Notes: a model not told the origin generated them from the sequence alone. DNA of 64,000 bases from Candidatus Beckwithbacteria bacterium (GCA_026397255.1 JAPLVF010000013.1:85030-149029), one strand, 5' to 3'; positions 20,352 to 31,836 are shown, counted from the first letter of the stretch. Numbers and translations are program-made.

Positions 20352-20400
20352 TATTTTCTAATATCTTCCAATATCTTCTAAAATCTTCTAAAATAATCCA
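20351..20400 (+). repeat. Five degenerate 10-bp tandem repeats
   Basis: ATATTTTCTA/ATATCTTCCA/ATATCTTCTA/AAATCTTCTA/AAATAATCCA fill the secA-fic gap. Confidence 0.7.
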
Positions 20401-21345
20401 ATGAAGCAATTATTGCAGGAATTGGAAGCTTTACGTTTCGCTTTTAAATTAATTAAACCACCGGCGGTCGTGGTAGAAAATATCCGCCGGGAATCACTGT
20501 TAAAAAGTTCTCTTTATTCAGCGAAAATCGAAGGTAACCAATTGTCTTACGAGACAATTAAAACCAATCTGAATAATAAAACTAAAGCTAAACTGGAAGT
20601 ATTTAATTTATTGACTGCTTATAAATATGTTTATTCTAAAAAGGCCCAAAAAAAAATTTCTTTATCTTTAATAAAAGATCTTCATTTAAAAACGATGAAG
20701 AATTTAATGCCTCATCCTGGAGAATTCCGTCATGAAGCCAGTGCGATTTTTAATCAAGCCGGGGTGGCAATTTATTTGACACCGCCGCCAACGGAAATTA
20801 TTGACCGACTTAACCGGTTAATCAAACAGCTAAATCAATCCCCTGAACAGACACTAATAAAAGCAGTCATGACCCATTTTTGGTTTGAAAAAATCCATCC
20901 TTTTATTGATGGCAACGGCCGGGTCGGCAGATTATTGACTGCCGCAATTATGAACCAAGGGGGATTTGGATTTAACGGTTTAGTATCAATTGAAGAAGCG
21001 ATAAATGATAAAAAGGACGTTTATTACCAAGCCTTAAATGAAACAAAAAATTACCAACACTTAACTGAGTTTTTACTAAATCTTTACCTTGAACAGGGTA
21101 AAAAAGTTTTTACTAAATTAACCCAACCGCAAACAGAAGAAGAATCGACATTGCCGTTGAGGCGTCAGGAAATATTAAATATTCTTAAAGATCACCCCTA
21201 TGCCAGCTTTGATTTTATTCAGCGGCGGTTTTTGTCAATCAATCCGAAAACCCTCCATTATGATTTAAAAAAACTCCAAGAGCAAAAGTTAGTAATAAAA
21301 ATCGGTTCTACCCGTGGCGCAGTCTATCAGCTGATTTTCAGGTAA
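20401..21345 (+). CDS. Fic family protein with a C-terminal winged HTH
   Basis: SAKIEG, HPFIDGNGRVGR. Confidence 0.92.
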   Translation: MKQLLQELEALRFAFKLIKPPAVVVENIRRESLLKSSLYSAKIEGNQLSYETIKTNLNNKTKAKLEVFNLLTAYKYVYSKKAQKKISLSLIKDLHLKTMKNLMPHPGEFRHEASAIFNQAGVAIYLTPPPTEIIDRLNRLIKQLNQSPEQTLIKAVMTHFWFEKIHPFIDGNGRVGRLLTAAIMNQGGFGFNGLVSIEEAINDKKDVYYQALNETKNYQHLTEFLLNLYLEQGKKVFTKLTQPQTEEESTLPLRRQEILNILKDHPYASFDFIQRRFLSINPKTLHYDLKKLQEQKLVIKIGSTRGAVYQLIFR

Positions 21346-21366
21346 ACCTACTAATATTCTGATATT

Positions 21367-22161
21367 ATGTTAAACATGATTGAAGTGAAAAACTTAGTAA
21401 AAAAATTCGGCAAATTCACAGCGGTTGATAAAATTTCTTTTGCGGTGAAAGCCGGAGAAATATTTGCGTTTTTAGGGCCAAACGGCGCCGGGAAAACCAC
21501 CACGATTAAAATGCTGACAACGATGTTGAAACCAACAGCAGGACAGATCAGCGTTAATGGTTTTGATCCAATCACTCAGCAAGACAGTGTCCGCCATTCT
21601 TTCGGCATCGTTTTCCAAGACCAAAGCTTGGATGACGAATTGACGGCAAGGGAAAATTTAAGTTTCCACGGCGTGTTATATAAAGTGCCGAAAGATCTAA
21701 GAGAAAAAAGAATTAAAGAGTTGTTACAAATCGTGGAATTGTATGACCGAAGAAACGCGCTGGTAAAAACTTTTTCCGGCGGAATGAAACGACGTTTGGA
21801 AATCGCCCGAGGCTTACTCCATCACCCAAAAATATTTTTCCTGGATGAACCAACTATCGGCTTGGACCCGCAAACCCGAAAGCATATTTGGGACTATATC
21901 TTAACTTTAAATAAAAAAGAGGGAATTACCATCTTTTTTACCACCCAATATATTGAAGAGGCAGAAAAAATCGCCCAAGAGGTGGCAATCATTGACAATG
22001 GAAAAATTGTCGGTCAGGGAACAGTGGAGGAACTGAAGCAAAAAACGAAAACGAAAACTTTAGAAGAAGCTTTTCTAAATATAACCGGGCACGAAATCCG
22101 AACCGAAGAAGCCAGCGGTCTAGAACATATGCGGATGAACCGCAGGATGTGGAGGCACTAA
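21367..22161 (+). CDS. ABC transporter ATP-binding protein (DrrA-like)
   Basis: GPNGAGKT, FSGGMKRRLEIAR, LDEPT. Confidence 0.93.
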   Translation: MLNMIEVKNLVKKFGKFTAVDKISFAVKAGEIFAFLGPNGAGKTTTIKMLTTMLKPTAGQISVNGFDPITQQDSVRHSFGIVFQDQSLDDELTARENLSFHGVLYKVPKDLREKRIKELLQIVELYDRRNALVKTFSGGMKRRLEIARGLLHHPKIFFLDEPTIGLDPQTRKHIWDYILTLNKKEGITIFFTTQYIEEAEKIAQEVAIIDNGKIVGQGTVEELKQKTKTKTLEEAFLNITGHEIRTEEASGLEHMRMNRRMWRH

Positions 22162-22163
22162 AT

Positions 22164-22910
22164 ATGAGCACAATTTATATTCTGTGGTTAAGACAACTAA
22201 AAAGATATTTAAGATCAAAGTCAAGAATTTTCGGCTCGCTGGGCCAACCGCTCTTGTTTTTAGTAGCATTAGGGTTTGGCTTAGGCCCGGTGTTCCAAAA
22301 AGCCGGCCAGGGCAATTACATCCACTTTTTGGCGCCGGGAATTATCGCCATGAGCGTTTTATTCACTTCAATATTTTCCGGAATCGAAATTATCTGGGAC
22401 CGGCAGTTCGGTTTTTTGAAAGAAACTTTGGTAGCGCCGGTATCCAGATTAAATATTATGATCGGTCGGACTTTGGGCGGGGCGACAATTGCTGTTGGCC
22501 AGGGGTTAATAATTTTTTTAATTTCTTTATTAATCGGTTTTAAGCCGCAAAGTCTGACTGGAGTAATAATGGGCTTGTTAATTATGCTGATTACGGCAAT
22601 TTTATTTACGGCCTTAGGCACAGCGATTGCCAGTAAAATGGAGGATATTCACGGTTTTCAGCTAATTATGAATTTTTTAATTATGCCGCTCTTTTTCCTC
22701 TCGGGAGCTTTATTCCCCTTGCAGGATTTACCTAGAGTTTTAAGCATTATTACCAGGATCGATCCTTTGTCTTACGCTATCGACGGCATGCGGGCGGCAT
22801 TCTTGGGAACGTCACAGTTTAGTTTAGGATTCAATTTAGGTATTCTGACTGGTTTGGCCTTGTTGTTATTAGCTATCGGCGGCTATTTCTTTTCGAAAAT
22901 AGAAATCTAA
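22164..22910 (+). CDS. ABC-2 type permease (DrrB-like)
   Basis: DRQFGFLKETLVAP, FLSGALFP, six TM segments. Confidence 0.92.
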   Translation: MSTIYILWLRQLKRYLRSKSRIFGSLGQPLLFLVALGFGLGPVFQKAGQGNYIHFLAPGIIAMSVLFTSIFSGIEIIWDRQFGFLKETLVAPVSRLNIMIGRTLGGATIAVGQGLIIFLISLLIGFKPQSLTGVIMGLLIMLITAILFTALGTAIASKMEDIHGFQLIMNFLIMPLFFLSGALFPLQDLPRVLSIITRIDPLSYAIDGMRAAFLGTSQFSLGFNLGILTGLALLLLAIGGYFFSKIEI

Positions 22911-22911
22911 A

Positions 22912-23847
22912 TCATTGAGTGGCAGACAAAATCGTTTGGCCGCTGGGAAGAAGATCAACATAATCCTCTTGAGTGGAAGTAGATATTAAATTTTCCGGGT
23001 CAGTAGTAACGCTAACTAACATTCCTTTTCGGGTTTGCGGACTGAAATACTGGTCGTAAACAAAGTTACCTAAAGAATAATAAATCGGCTGCCCCTGATA
23101 AATTTCCGATTGCTGAATCACGTGCGGATGGGTACCGATAACCAAGTCAGCGCCGTTGTCGATGAATTGATGAGCCATGGCCTGGATTGTGGGGCTAGCA
23201 ATCGGCTGATATTCTTCCCCCCAATGACAAAAAACAATTAAAACATCAACCCGGGGCCGAAGGGTTTGTAAATCTTCCAGAGCCGCTGACAGAGAGTCGC
23301 TGGCAAACTGATTGTAATTAACAAAACCAAAGTTTAACTGGTTAATTTGTTTAACGGCAGACCGGGCGGAATCCGATGCCTGGCCAGTATTACCGAAAAA
23401 ATCAACTCCGGCAGCAGTTAAATATCCTTTGGTTTGCTTTAAACCGTCGAGACCAAAATTTAAAGTATGATTATTGCCTAGATTAACTAATTTAATGTTA
23501 TGGCGGGCTAAGACGGCGGCAGTTTCCGGGGCAGAAGTAAACCGGTAATTTTGCGGCGAACCGATAACTGATCCGACACTCACAGAGGGATTATCAGTAA
23601 TCGGAGTTTCCAGATTAACGATAACTAAATCGGCGCTGAAAAATAAATCTTTAAGCGGGACCAAAATAAAATCATAGCTGTTTTGATCAGCCATTTGACG
23701 GATATGGCGGTCAAAGGATAAATCACCGGCAAAAATCAAGTTGACCGGACGGGGCGGAGACGGCATATCCGGAGACGGAATATCCAAGGGCTTTGGCTGA
23801 AATAGTCCGACAAACAGTGCAATTATTATCGCCAAAATTTTTTGCAT
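22912..23847 (-). CDS. CapA family metallophosphoesterase
   Basis: FAGDL, NLE, NNH, HWGEEY, GTHPHV, YSLGNF. Confidence 0.9.
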   Translation of the reverse strand: MQKILAIIIALFVGLFQPKPLDIPSPDMPSPPRPVNLIFAGDLSFDRHIRQMADQNSYDFILVPLKDLFFSADLVIVNLETPITDNPSVSVGSVIGSPQNYRFTSAPETAAVLARHNIKLVNLGNNHTLNFGLDGLKQTKGYLTAAGVDFFGNTGQASDSARSAVKQINQLNFGFVNYNQFASDSLSAALEDLQTLRPRVDVLIVFCHWGEEYQPIASPTIQAMAHQFIDNGADLVIGTHPHVIQQSEIYQGQPIYYSLGNFVYDQYFSPQTRKGMLVSVTTDPENLISTSTQEDYVDLLPSGQTILSATQ

Positions 23848-23849
23848 AC

Positions 23850-24626
23850 CTAAATTACCAACGGCCAGTCAAAGGTAGGAGTTAGGACTTCAGGTTGATC
23901 TTTCACCACGACCATATATTCAAACATGCCAACTAAACCGCCATCCGTAGTTTTAACTGACCAGCCGTCGTCAGCCTGATAAACCTGATCGCTTTTCTCC
24001 ACCACTTGATTTTCCAGACAAACTACCATGTTGGGGAGAAAAACTTCCCCCTGATGCGGCTGGCCATGAGCCGGAATTACCGGTTTATCATGCAGGGTGT
24101 GACCAATACCGTGACCGGTATATTGTTTTAAAACATCAAAACCGGCCTCTCGGGCAACCTGATGCATATTGTGACCAACGTCACCGGTAGTATTGCCGGG
24201 AATAGCTAAAGCAATGCTGGACTGGACTGATTTTTTAGCTGTTTGAAGCAGTTTTTCCTGCTGGGGAGAGATTGATTTAACCCCAACAGTCACACAAAAA
24301 TCCGTATAATAATTTTGATAAATTAAGCCAAAGTCAATTTTAACCAGGTCGCCGATTTTTAACGGTTCGGTGGGGCTGGGAATACCATGAACAGCAGTAT
24401 CGTTAACAGAAATACAGGTAGCATACTGATAAGGATTGTCCGGGCGGCCGACCCCTAAAAAAGCCGGCCGGACATGAGCTTCGTGACAAAATTTCTTGGT
24501 CAAATCGTCTAATTTCAAGGGTAAAATTCCCGGCTTAACCGATTCCACAATATTCTTGAGAATTTTTAAGGAAATTTTGGCGGCCCGGCGGTAGGTAGTG
24601 AAATCCTGGTCGGTTTTAAGGATCAT
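23850..24626 (-). CDS. map: Methionine aminopeptidase type I
   Basis: CISVND..VHGIP, GDLVKID, YTGHGIG. Confidence 0.92.
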   Translation of the reverse strand: MILKTDQDFTTYRRAAKISLKILKNIVESVKPGILPLKLDDLTKKFCHEAHVRPAFLGVGRPDNPYQYATCISVNDTAVHGIPSPTEPLKIGDLVKIDFGLIYQNYYTDFCVTVGVKSISPQQEKLLQTAKKSVQSSIALAIPGNTTGDVGHNMHQVAREAGFDVLKQYTGHGIGHTLHDKPVIPAHGQPHQGEVFLPNMVVCLENQVVEKSDQVYQADDGWSVKTTDGGLVGMFEYMVVVKDQPEVLTPTFDWPLVI

Positions 24627-24629
24627 AAA

Positions 24630-25835
24630 TTAAATGACAAATTGACCTTCTTTATATATTACTCTTTTTTGGCCATTGGTTAATTCGGCAGTCACCGTCC
24701 TATCAGTGGTAGAAATCATGTCCGTATGCTCGGCCGAATCGTTAAAACCAAGTTTGGCCCAATCTGTGGCGGTTAAATCTGGCGCTTTACCCTTAAAACA
24801 ATCTTTGTAAGCCATCCCGATGGCTACATGAGTATTGCCAAAAGGGCCGCCGATGTTTTCATCAAATAAAGTCTCGGCCATGACGTGAGTAATCCGGGAC
24901 AGGCGTTTATCGGTCAGAGAAAATTCACCTAATTTATCAGCGTTGGTACTTTTAAGCATTGCCTGAAGTAACCGATTGCCCTCAACGGCAGAAGCCTTGA
25001 CAACTAAGCCGCGCTTAAATTCCAGATAAATATTTTTAACAATGTGGCCGTAGCGGTAGAGCGGTTGGTTAAACTTCATCCAGCCTTTTGTCCCGCGCCA
25101 ATCAGGCGAGGTAAAAATCTCAAAGCTGGGAATGTTGCGGCCGGAACCACCAACCCATTGCCTATTGGCCCCAATTTGAATAATTAAATCAACGTCTTCA
25201 CCTTTAATATGGACACTTTGAATATTTAAAGTGTTAAGTTTAGTTAAAATTTTTTGCTGTAAGCGACTAACTTTTTTCCAGGCACTGATTGGGTTGGCTT
25301 TATCCAAAAAGCAGGCCTGAATAATTTGCTGCCAATAAGCTTTCAGGTTTAAACCGACCAATCTGGCCTTAGCCGGAGTGGCCCAAAGACCTATGGTCCA
25401 GGTAAATTTACCCTTGATTTCCTTCTCGTTTAACCAGTCGCGGTAAGGTTTTTGCGAGTCGCGATTTAAAATAATTTTTTTTGGGTTAATTGATTGCAAC
25501 TCCCGAGGATCAACATCAGCGATAACCCCAAGACTATGATCAATTAAATCGGTCTGGGCCTGAAGGTATTTTTGCGGGAAGTAAGTCAATTGAGTAGGGT
25601 TGGCTAAAGAAAGAAAATCCTTGGTAAAACCGGTAGGAATCAAACGCATAATCGGGTGAGCACCGGCTTTTAAGATTGTGTTTTGCAGCTCCCTGGCTAA
25701 GGGTTTAGCCACATCCGGAATTGCACACAAAACCACTTCCCCGGCTTTTACGCCCTGGCCGGAGTTTAAGGCATAGTTAACTAAAACTTGAGCATAGCGG
25801 CGCAGAATATTGACGGAAGGTTGATAATTTGACAT
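24630..25835 (-). CDS. Aminopeptidase, peptidase M29 family
   Basis: NIPSFEIFTSP, LGEFSL, LFDENIGG, HVAIG, NDSAEHTD. Confidence 0.9.
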   Translation of the reverse strand: MSNYQPSVNILRRYAQVLVNYALNSGQGVKAGEVVLCAIPDVAKPLARELQNTILKAGAHPIMRLIPTGFTKDFLSLANPTQLTYFPQKYLQAQTDLIDHSLGVIADVDPRELQSINPKKIILNRDSQKPYRDWLNEKEIKGKFTWTIGLWATPAKARLVGLNLKAYWQQIIQACFLDKANPISAWKKVSRLQQKILTKLNTLNIQSVHIKGEDVDLIIQIGANRQWVGGSGRNIPSFEIFTSPDWRGTKGWMKFNQPLYRYGHIVKNIYLEFKRGLVVKASAVEGNRLLQAMLKSTNADKLGEFSLTDKRLSRITHVMAETLFDENIGGPFGNTHVAIGMAYKDCFKGKAPDLTATDWAKLGFNDSAEHTDMISTTDRTVTAELTNGQKRVIYKEGQFVI

Positions 25836-25880
25836 ATTGAGGTAGATTTTAACATAAATCAAAAAGATGTTAATGAAAAT

Positions 25881-26414
25881 ATGAAGAGATTTAGCTTCTG
25901 GCTTTTACCAGACAAAGAAATTCAGGCAGTGTACCAACCAATTATTGACCTGTGGAGCCGCAAACTAAAAACACCGAACTTTGAACCGCATATCACGATT
26001 ACCACTAATGCGATGTTGAAAGGTGAAGAAAAATCAGTCATGCAAGTAGTGGGGTCAGTAATTAAAAACTTGCAGCCGATTCCAATTGAATTTAGCGAAG
26101 TCAGCGTCAGCACCACTTGGGCTCAATGCGTTTTTGCTAGAGTGAAACCAAACTATGAATTATTATTGGCAAACCAATATATTAAAAGTGCGGCTGGGCA
26201 TCCGGACCCGAGCATGTATACCCCGCACATGAGCTTGGTATATGGTAATTTAGATTTAAAACAAAGGTTGGAGATTGCCGAGAATATAACATTGCCGTTA
26301 ACTAAATTTGTGGCTCGCAAAATTTGCATTGTCCCGGCCGATGTCAGGAACCCGAAAACCTGGAAACACCTGGCCGAATTTGAATTAAAAAAGAAAGCAA
26401 TAATTAGGGTTTAA
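25881..26414 (+). CDS. 2H phosphoesterase (cyclic phosphodiesterase-like)
   Basis: Two HxT/S motifs: PHITI and PHMSL. Confidence 0.85.
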   Translation: MKRFSFWLLPDKEIQAVYQPIIDLWSRKLKTPNFEPHITITTNAMLKGEEKSVMQVVGSVIKNLQPIPIEFSEVSVSTTWAQCVFARVKPNYELLLANQYIKSAAGHPDPSMYTPHMSLVYGNLDLKQRLEIAENITLPLTKFVARKICIVPADVRNPKTWKHLAEFELKKKAIIRV

Positions 26415-26808
26415 TCTGATATTTCTGAACCAGGGTTTTGCCGCTTTTTAGGGCGGTTTTGACTTCCAAAATCATGTCGGTAATATTTTTATGGTAAGTG
26501 CAGACGTCTTTGGAACAAGTACCGAAGACCAACTCTTTTTGAGTGTTGCCCTGAGTGGCAGCGTAAGTCCCCTGCACCCCCTGACTGACATTATCAGCCA
26601 CATAAGTCAGGTTATAAGTAACCGAAGTGGCTTTAGTCATATCATCTAAAACCAATAAAAGCGCCTGGCGGTCAGCCCGAAGTTTGTGCTTGGCAGCGGA
26701 AGTAACGGTTGATTGAGGCAGACGGACTAATTTTTTCTTTGCCAAAACCATTGAAGCGGAAAATAAACTTAAAAAAATAATAACAATAACTATCAGTCTC
26801 AACTTCAT
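26404..26808 (-). CDS. Secreted hypothetical protein
   Basis: Signal peptide; FGTCSKDVC motif resembles AGTCSENGNC in the N-terminus of the large surface protein. Confidence 0.7.
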   Translation of the reverse strand: MKLRLIVIVIIFLSLFSASMVLAKKKLVRLPQSTVTSAAKHKLRADRQALLLVLDDMTKATSVTYNLTYVADNVSQGVQGTYAATQGNTQKELVFGTCSKDVCTYHKNITDMILEVKTALKSGKTLVQKYQIKP

Positions 26809-26840
26809 GTCAACCTCATGATATACTGGAAAAAGCGGAT

Positions 26841-27440
26841 ATGTCAAAAACAAAGATATTAATCATTGTTTTAATGCTAATTTTGGTCGCGGGAACAATC
26901 ATTTGGTTGGTAAAACCGAAAACTAAAGAAAATTTTGTCGAACAGGAAATCAGCATTAAACAGACAGAACCGGTGGAAGTGAAAACGGTAACTTATCAAG
27001 ACAGCAGCGGATTTTCTTTTGAGCATCCGTCAGATTTAAAAATTCAGGAAGTAGAATTGGATGATAAAACCGTGTTTTCTTCTTTAGAAATTACCGGCAA
27101 CCAACCCGGTAAGTTAAGTTTAAAGATCAGTGACACTAATTTTAAGACCTTAAAAGACTGGCAAAAAGAGTTCGAGCAGAAAAATATTATCATGGATGTA
27201 CGGGGAATCAGTTTTGACGATATAACCGGCGTTGAATTCACTTACACAGCGCCGAAATTAAGAAAAGCTGTCGCTATCGATAACGCTATAATTTATAGTT
27301 TAGAAGCGCCGGCTGACGATGGTTATTGGGATAAAATTCAGGAAGGAATTCTGAATAGTTTTAAGTTTGCTCTGCCAGCTGGCGGAGCAACGGCCACTAA
27401 TTCCGGGGAAATTACTTTGATCGAAGAGAAGTATGAATAG
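26841..27440 (+). CDS. Membrane-anchored hypothetical protein (PsbP-like fold possible)
   Basis: N-terminal TM, YQDSSGFSFEHP...ILNSFKF. Confidence 0.65.
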   Translation: MSKTKILIIVLMLILVAGTIIWLVKPKTKENFVEQEISIKQTEPVEVKTVTYQDSSGFSFEHPSDLKIQEVELDDKTVFSSLEITGNQPGKLSLKISDTNFKTLKDWQKEFEQKNIIMDVRGISFDDITGVEFTYTAPKLRKAVAIDNAIIYSLEAPADDGYWDKIQEGILNSFKFALPAGGATATNSGEITLIEEKYE

Positions 27441-29631
27441 GTACAAACGACTGGTTAAAAATTTATTGATTTTCCTAGACAACCGCTTGGCTTTGAGTTT
27501 AATGCTGCAAATGTTGTTTGTGCCTTTATTCCATGATGTGTCTTTTTTAGGCAGAGTGTTAAGTTTTATTTATCGGGTGGTAAGAATTGTTATTGGCAGT
27601 ATCGTGATGAGTTTAAGTATTATCGCGATAGGTTTTTGGTTAATTATCTGGCTAATATTATCTCCGATAATTAGCACGATTTCGTGGCTAATAAACTCTG
27701 TCAAGAAAAACATAAAAATAGAATCGTCATTAATTAAAGATCCGACGGTTAAAGAAATATTAAAACGCTTGGAAATTGCCGAAACGACGATCAATAATAT
27801 AGCGCCGGAAATCACCTTTGATGCCAGGAAAATAAAACCGGAACAGTTATTATTAACGATTTTGAAACAAGAAAATTGGCGATATAAAGAAGCACAAGAA
27901 ACAGTTAAGTGGCTTCAGAAAGAGAAAAGCTGGGGAAGAACCCCATTTATTTGGGATAAAGATTATGAAGCCAGACCGATTGGCGGCATTGACCGGGGTT
28001 TAATCGGCATCCCGACGCCGACTTTGGATAAATACAGCGTGGATTTAACCAAATTGGCCCAAAAAAGACAGCTAGCGGAAATGTTCTGTAAAGCCGAAGC
28101 CGTAACGCAAATTACCGAAATTTTATCCCGCAGGGAAAAAAATAATGTTTTAGTGGTCGGGGCCCCGGGAAGCGGTAAAACAACTTTGGTAAAAAGTATT
28201 GCCCAGGAAATTGTCCGGGGAGTCAAGGCAAAAAGCTTAAAGTTTAAGCGGTTAATTTCGTTAGATGTCAGCCGCTTGGCGGCCGGAGCCGGCAGTGGCG
28301 AATTGAACCAAAGAATGACGAAAATTATTGAAGAAATAACCACAGCCGGCAATATTATTCTGTTTGTGGACGAAGTTCATAATTTAGCCTCGATTAACCA
28401 AGATTCACCGGAGACCAGTAAAGTCTTTATTGCTTTAGAACCGGCCTTATCTGAAGGCGTCTTCCAGTTTATCGGGGCAACCACAACCGCCAATTATAAA
28501 AAAGCGCTGGAACCAAATGAGGCTTTTGCCAGGTTATTTGAGTTGGTAGAACTAAAAGAAGCCGATAATGAACAAACTTTAGCGGTCTTAGAATATCTGG
28601 CTTGGGAAAGAGAACAAAAAGAAAAAATAACGGTTTCTTTCCTCGCTCTAAAAAAAATAATTGAGTTGGCGGCTAAGTTAATCCATGACCGGGTTTTTCC
28701 GGACAAGGCAGTAAATCTTTTGGATGAGGTGGTGGCCGTGGCCAAAAATCAGGAAAAAACTTTAGTCATTGTTCCGGATGTCGAAAAATTGATTACCCAA
28801 AAAACTAAAGTTCCGGTAACACAATTAACTAAAGAGGAAACGGCACTACTTCTTAATTTGGAGAAAAAACTGCACCAGCGGGTCATCGGACAAGATAAGG
28901 CGATTAAAGCGGTGGCCGACGCCATCCGGCGGGCAAGAACGGGCCTAAAACAAGACAACAAACCGATTGCCAGCTTTTTGTTTGGCGGGCCAACCGGTGT
29001 AGGTAAAACGGAAACCGCCAAAACCTTAGCGGCCGAGTTTTTCGGCTCAGAAAAAGTAATGATACGCTTAGACATGAGTGAATACCAAAATTTAAACAGC
29101 TTAGATAGATTGAATAATCAGCTGACCGGGGCGGTGAAACATCAACCCTATACTTTAATCTTGCTGGATGAGCTGGAAAAAGCTCACTCTAAGATTTTAA
29201 ATCTGTTTTTGCAGGTTTTAGACGATGCTAGGCTTACTGACAGCACTGGAAAAACCATTGATTTTAGTAATACCATTATTATCGCCACCACGAATGCCGG
29301 GACTAAAATTGAACAAATTGAGAGTGCTTTTCCGCCGGAATTTTTAAACCGTTTCAGCGGAATAATTGTTTTTGAAACCCTCTCTAAAAAAGAAACCGAG
29401 GAGGTCATTAAATTAAAATTAAAAGAGGTGGCAGCAGAATTAGCAAAACAGGAAATTATTGTTAACTTTAATGAGGAGGCGGTAAAAAATTTAATTGCTG
29501 ATAGCTTTTCGACCAAATGGGGCGGCAGGCAAATTGACAGAACCATTCAGGAAAAAATTACTAATGTTATTGCCGAAAAAATTCTTCAGGGCGAGATTAA
29601 GAAAAACCAAGCGTTTGAGTTTAAGGTATGA
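27433..29631 (+). CDS. ClpA/B-family double AAA+ ATPase with an N-terminal membrane region
   Basis: [43 protein letters not shown]. Confidence 0.9.
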   Translation: MNRYKRLVKNLLIFLDNRLALSLMLQMLFVPLFHDVSFLGRVLSFIYRVVRIVIGSIVMSLSIIAIGFWLIIWLILSPIISTISWLINSVKKNIKIESSLIKDPTVKEILKRLEIAETTINNIAPEITFDARKIKPEQLLLTILKQENWRYKEAQETVKWLQKEKSWGRTPFIWDKDYEARPIGGIDRGLIGIPTPTLDKYSVDLTKLAQKRQLAEMFCKAEAVTQITEILSRREKNNVLVVGAPGSGKTTLVKSIAQEIVRGVKAKSLKFKRLISLDVSRLAAGAGSGELNQRMTKIIEEITTAGNIILFVDEVHNLASINQDSPETSKVFIALEPALSEGVFQFIGATTTANYKKALEPNEAFARLFELVELKEADNEQTLAVLEYLAWEREQKEKITVSFLALKKIIELAAKLIHDRVFPDKAVNLLDEVVAVAKNQEKTLVIVPDVEKLITQKTKVPVTQLTKEETALLLNLEKKLHQRVIGQDKAIKAVADAIRRARTGLKQDNKPIASFLFGGPTGVGKTETAKTLAAEFFGSEKVMIRLDMSEYQNLNSLDRLNNQLTGAVKHQPYTLILLDELEKAHSKILNLFLQVLDDARLTDSTGKTIDFSNTIIIATTNAGTKIEQIESAFPPEFLNRFSGIIVFETLSKKETEEVIKLKLKEVAAELAKQEIIVNFNEEAVKNLIADSFSTKWGGRQIDRTIQEKITNVIAEKILQGEIKKNQAFEFKV

Positions 29632-30638
29632 CTGCGCTAATTGACAGGCTGAACCAATTGAAAAAGGCGATTAATTTTGATGGGAAAAAAGCGGAATTGG
29701 CGGCGTTAGAAAAGCAAATTCAAGACCCGGATTTCTGGAAAGACCACCAGCGGGCGCAAAATGAGATGAAAAACTTAAGCCGATTACAGGAAGAATTGAG
29801 CGAAATAGACAGATTTGAGGAAAAATTAGGGGAAAATCAAGACCAAGCTATTTTAGAGGCGGAATTAGCGAAACTCGAGTTAAAGCGATATTTAGCCGGA
29901 CCGCACGATCAGGCTGACGCAATTTTAGCCATTCATGCCGGGCAGGGCGGGGTCGAAGCCATGGATTGGGCAGAGATGCTGAAACGGATGTACTTAAGAT
30001 ACAGCGAAAGAAAGGGGTTTAAAACCCAAATATTGCAGGAAAGCCAAGGAGAAGAAGCGGGAATTAAAAGTACGACGATTAAAATTGAAGGCAATCTGGC
30101 TTACGGTTATTTAAAGAATGAAAAAGGGACCCATCGTTTAGTCCGACAGTCGCCGTTTAATTCCGACCATTTAAGGGAAACGTCTTTTGCCTTAGTGGAG
30201 GTTTTGCCGGTTTTAGAGGAGACGGAAATGGTGACTATCCGCCCGGAAGATTTGGAAATTGAATTTTCCCGCTCGTCCGGGGCCGGCGGCCAGAATGTTA
30301 ATAAAGTATCGACGTCCGTCAGGTTAAAGCACAAACCGACGGGAATCGTTGTGGAATGCCAAACCCAGAGGTTTCAGGAACAAAACCGGAAGATTGCCAT
30401 GCAAATTTTAGCGGCTAAGCTTTGGCAGATTGAAGAAGAAAAACGGCAGCTAAACTTAAAAAATCTTAAAGGCGAACACAAACCGGCTTCCTGGGGGAAC
30501 CAAATCCGTTCCTATGTCCTCCACCCTTATAAACAAGTGAAGGATTTAAGGACCGGCCACACGGAAACTGACCCGGGGAAAGTATTAGATGGCGAGCTGG
30601 ATAGTTTTATTGAGGCAGAATTGGGACTTGTGGTATGA
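29628..30638 (+). CDS. prfB: Peptide chain release factor 2
   Basis: HRLVRQSPF (SPF motif), [18 protein letters not shown]. Confidence 0.96.
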   Translation: MTALIDRLNQLKKAINFDGKKAELAALEKQIQDPDFWKDHQRAQNEMKNLSRLQEELSEIDRFEEKLGENQDQAILEAELAKLELKRYLAGPHDQADAILAIHAGQGGVEAMDWAEMLKRMYLRYSERKGFKTQILQESQGEEAGIKSTTIKIEGNLAYGYLKNEKGTHRLVRQSPFNSDHLRETSFALVEVLPVLEETEMVTIRPEDLEIEFSRSSGAGGQNVNKVSTSVRLKHKPTGIVVECQTQRFQEQNRKIAMQILAAKLWQIEEEKRQLNLKNLKGEHKPASWGNQIRSYVLHPYKQVKDLRTGHTETDPGKVLDGELDSFIEAELGLVV

Positions 30639-30673
30639 TTAAAGTATATTAATTTTTCGGGGAGGTTCAACCT

Positions 30674-31153
30674 ATGGTCGAAATAAAACCATTAAATTTA
30701 TCTTCGGATACAACGACGCCAATGATGTCTAAAAAACCACAGGCAAAAAGCAAGGGGAAATTAATCCTCTGGTTTTTAGTAATAATTCTTTTAGGCGCCG
30801 GTTCGGGTTTTGGACTATTTCGTTTGAAACAGCCCGGAGGTACGACCGGAGTAAAATATCTGAGCCGAACGGCAACAGATGAAACCATGAAAAAAGGCGC
30901 TACTTTTGGCGTCCAAGACGAGAAATCATTTCCAGATTTAGCCGAAGGCCAATTAGTCCAGGGAGGAATTGACGGAGAAGGTTCCCATCATTTAATCAGG
31001 GAGGGGGGCGAATCACAAAACGTTTACCTAACCTCATCAATTATCGACTTAGATCAATTTGTCGGGAAAAAGGTTAAAGTTTGGGGACAGACATTTCAAG
31101 CGCAAAAAGCCGGCTGGTTGATGGACGTCGGGCGCTTAGAAATTCAAGAATGA
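30674..31153 (+). CDS. Membrane-anchored hypothetical protein
   Basis: One TM then a soluble domain; GGAGG SD upstream; overlaps the ftsE start. Confidence 0.75.
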   Translation: MVEIKPLNLSSDTTTPMMSKKPQAKSKGKLILWFLVIILLGAGSGFGLFRLKQPGGTTGVKYLSRTATDETMKKGATFGVQDEKSFPDLAEGQLVQGGIDGEGSHHLIREGGESQNVYLTSSIIDLDQFVGKKVKVWGQTFQAQKAGWLMDVGRLEIQE

Positions 31154-31836
31154 TTGTTTTTCAAAAAGTCACCAAAATTTTTCCGGACGGAACTCAAGCT
31201 CTTCATGAAGCCTCTTTCCAAATAAAAAAGGGTGAGTTTGTGTTTTTCATCGGACCTTCAGGGGCAGGTAAAACCACGGTAATGAAATTATTGCGGCGGG
31301 AAATTATCCCCACTCAGGGAGAAATTTTAATTAAAGATAAAAATTTGGCGGAAATTAAACAAAAAGAAATTCCTTTTTTGAGGCGGCAGACAGCCATGTG
31401 CTTTCAGGATTTCAAACTATTGGGTGATCGAACGGTAAAAGAAAATGTGGCTTTAAATTTGGAGGTGGAAGGAATTAAAGATGAGGAAATTGATAAAAGA
31501 GTTCACGAGGTTTTAAAAAATGTCGGTTTGGAAAAAAAAGGCAATTTTTTCCCGAGGCAGATTTCCGGAGGCGAACTACAGCGGGTGGGAATTGCCCGGG
31601 CAATTGTCGGGAAGCCAGATATCCTGTTGGCTGATGAACCGACAGGCAACCTTGATCCTCAAGCCGGTTTTGATATTTTAAAACTATTCAAAGAAATTAA
31701 CCTAGCCGGGACAACCGTACTGGTCGCCACCCATAACGCCGAAGTGGTAAATAATTTTGAAGAAAGAGTCATTACTTTAAATAAAGGCAAAGTGATAACG
31801 GACACGAAGAAAGGAAAGTATAAAATAAAAATATGA
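31150..31836 (+). CDS. ftsE: Cell division ATP-binding protein FtsE
   Basis: [37 protein letters not shown]; followed by ftsX. Confidence 0.93.
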   Translation: MIVFQKVTKIFPDGTQALHEASFQIKKGEFVFFIGPSGAGKTTVMKLLRREIIPTQGEILIKDKNLAEIKQKEIPFLRRQTAMCFQDFKLLGDRTVKENVALNLEVEGIKDEEIDKRVHEVLKNVGLEKKGNFFPRQISGGELQRVGIARAIVGKPDILLADEPTGNLDPQAGFDILKLFKEINLAGTTVLVATHNAEVVNNFEERVITLNKGKVITDTKKGKYKIKI

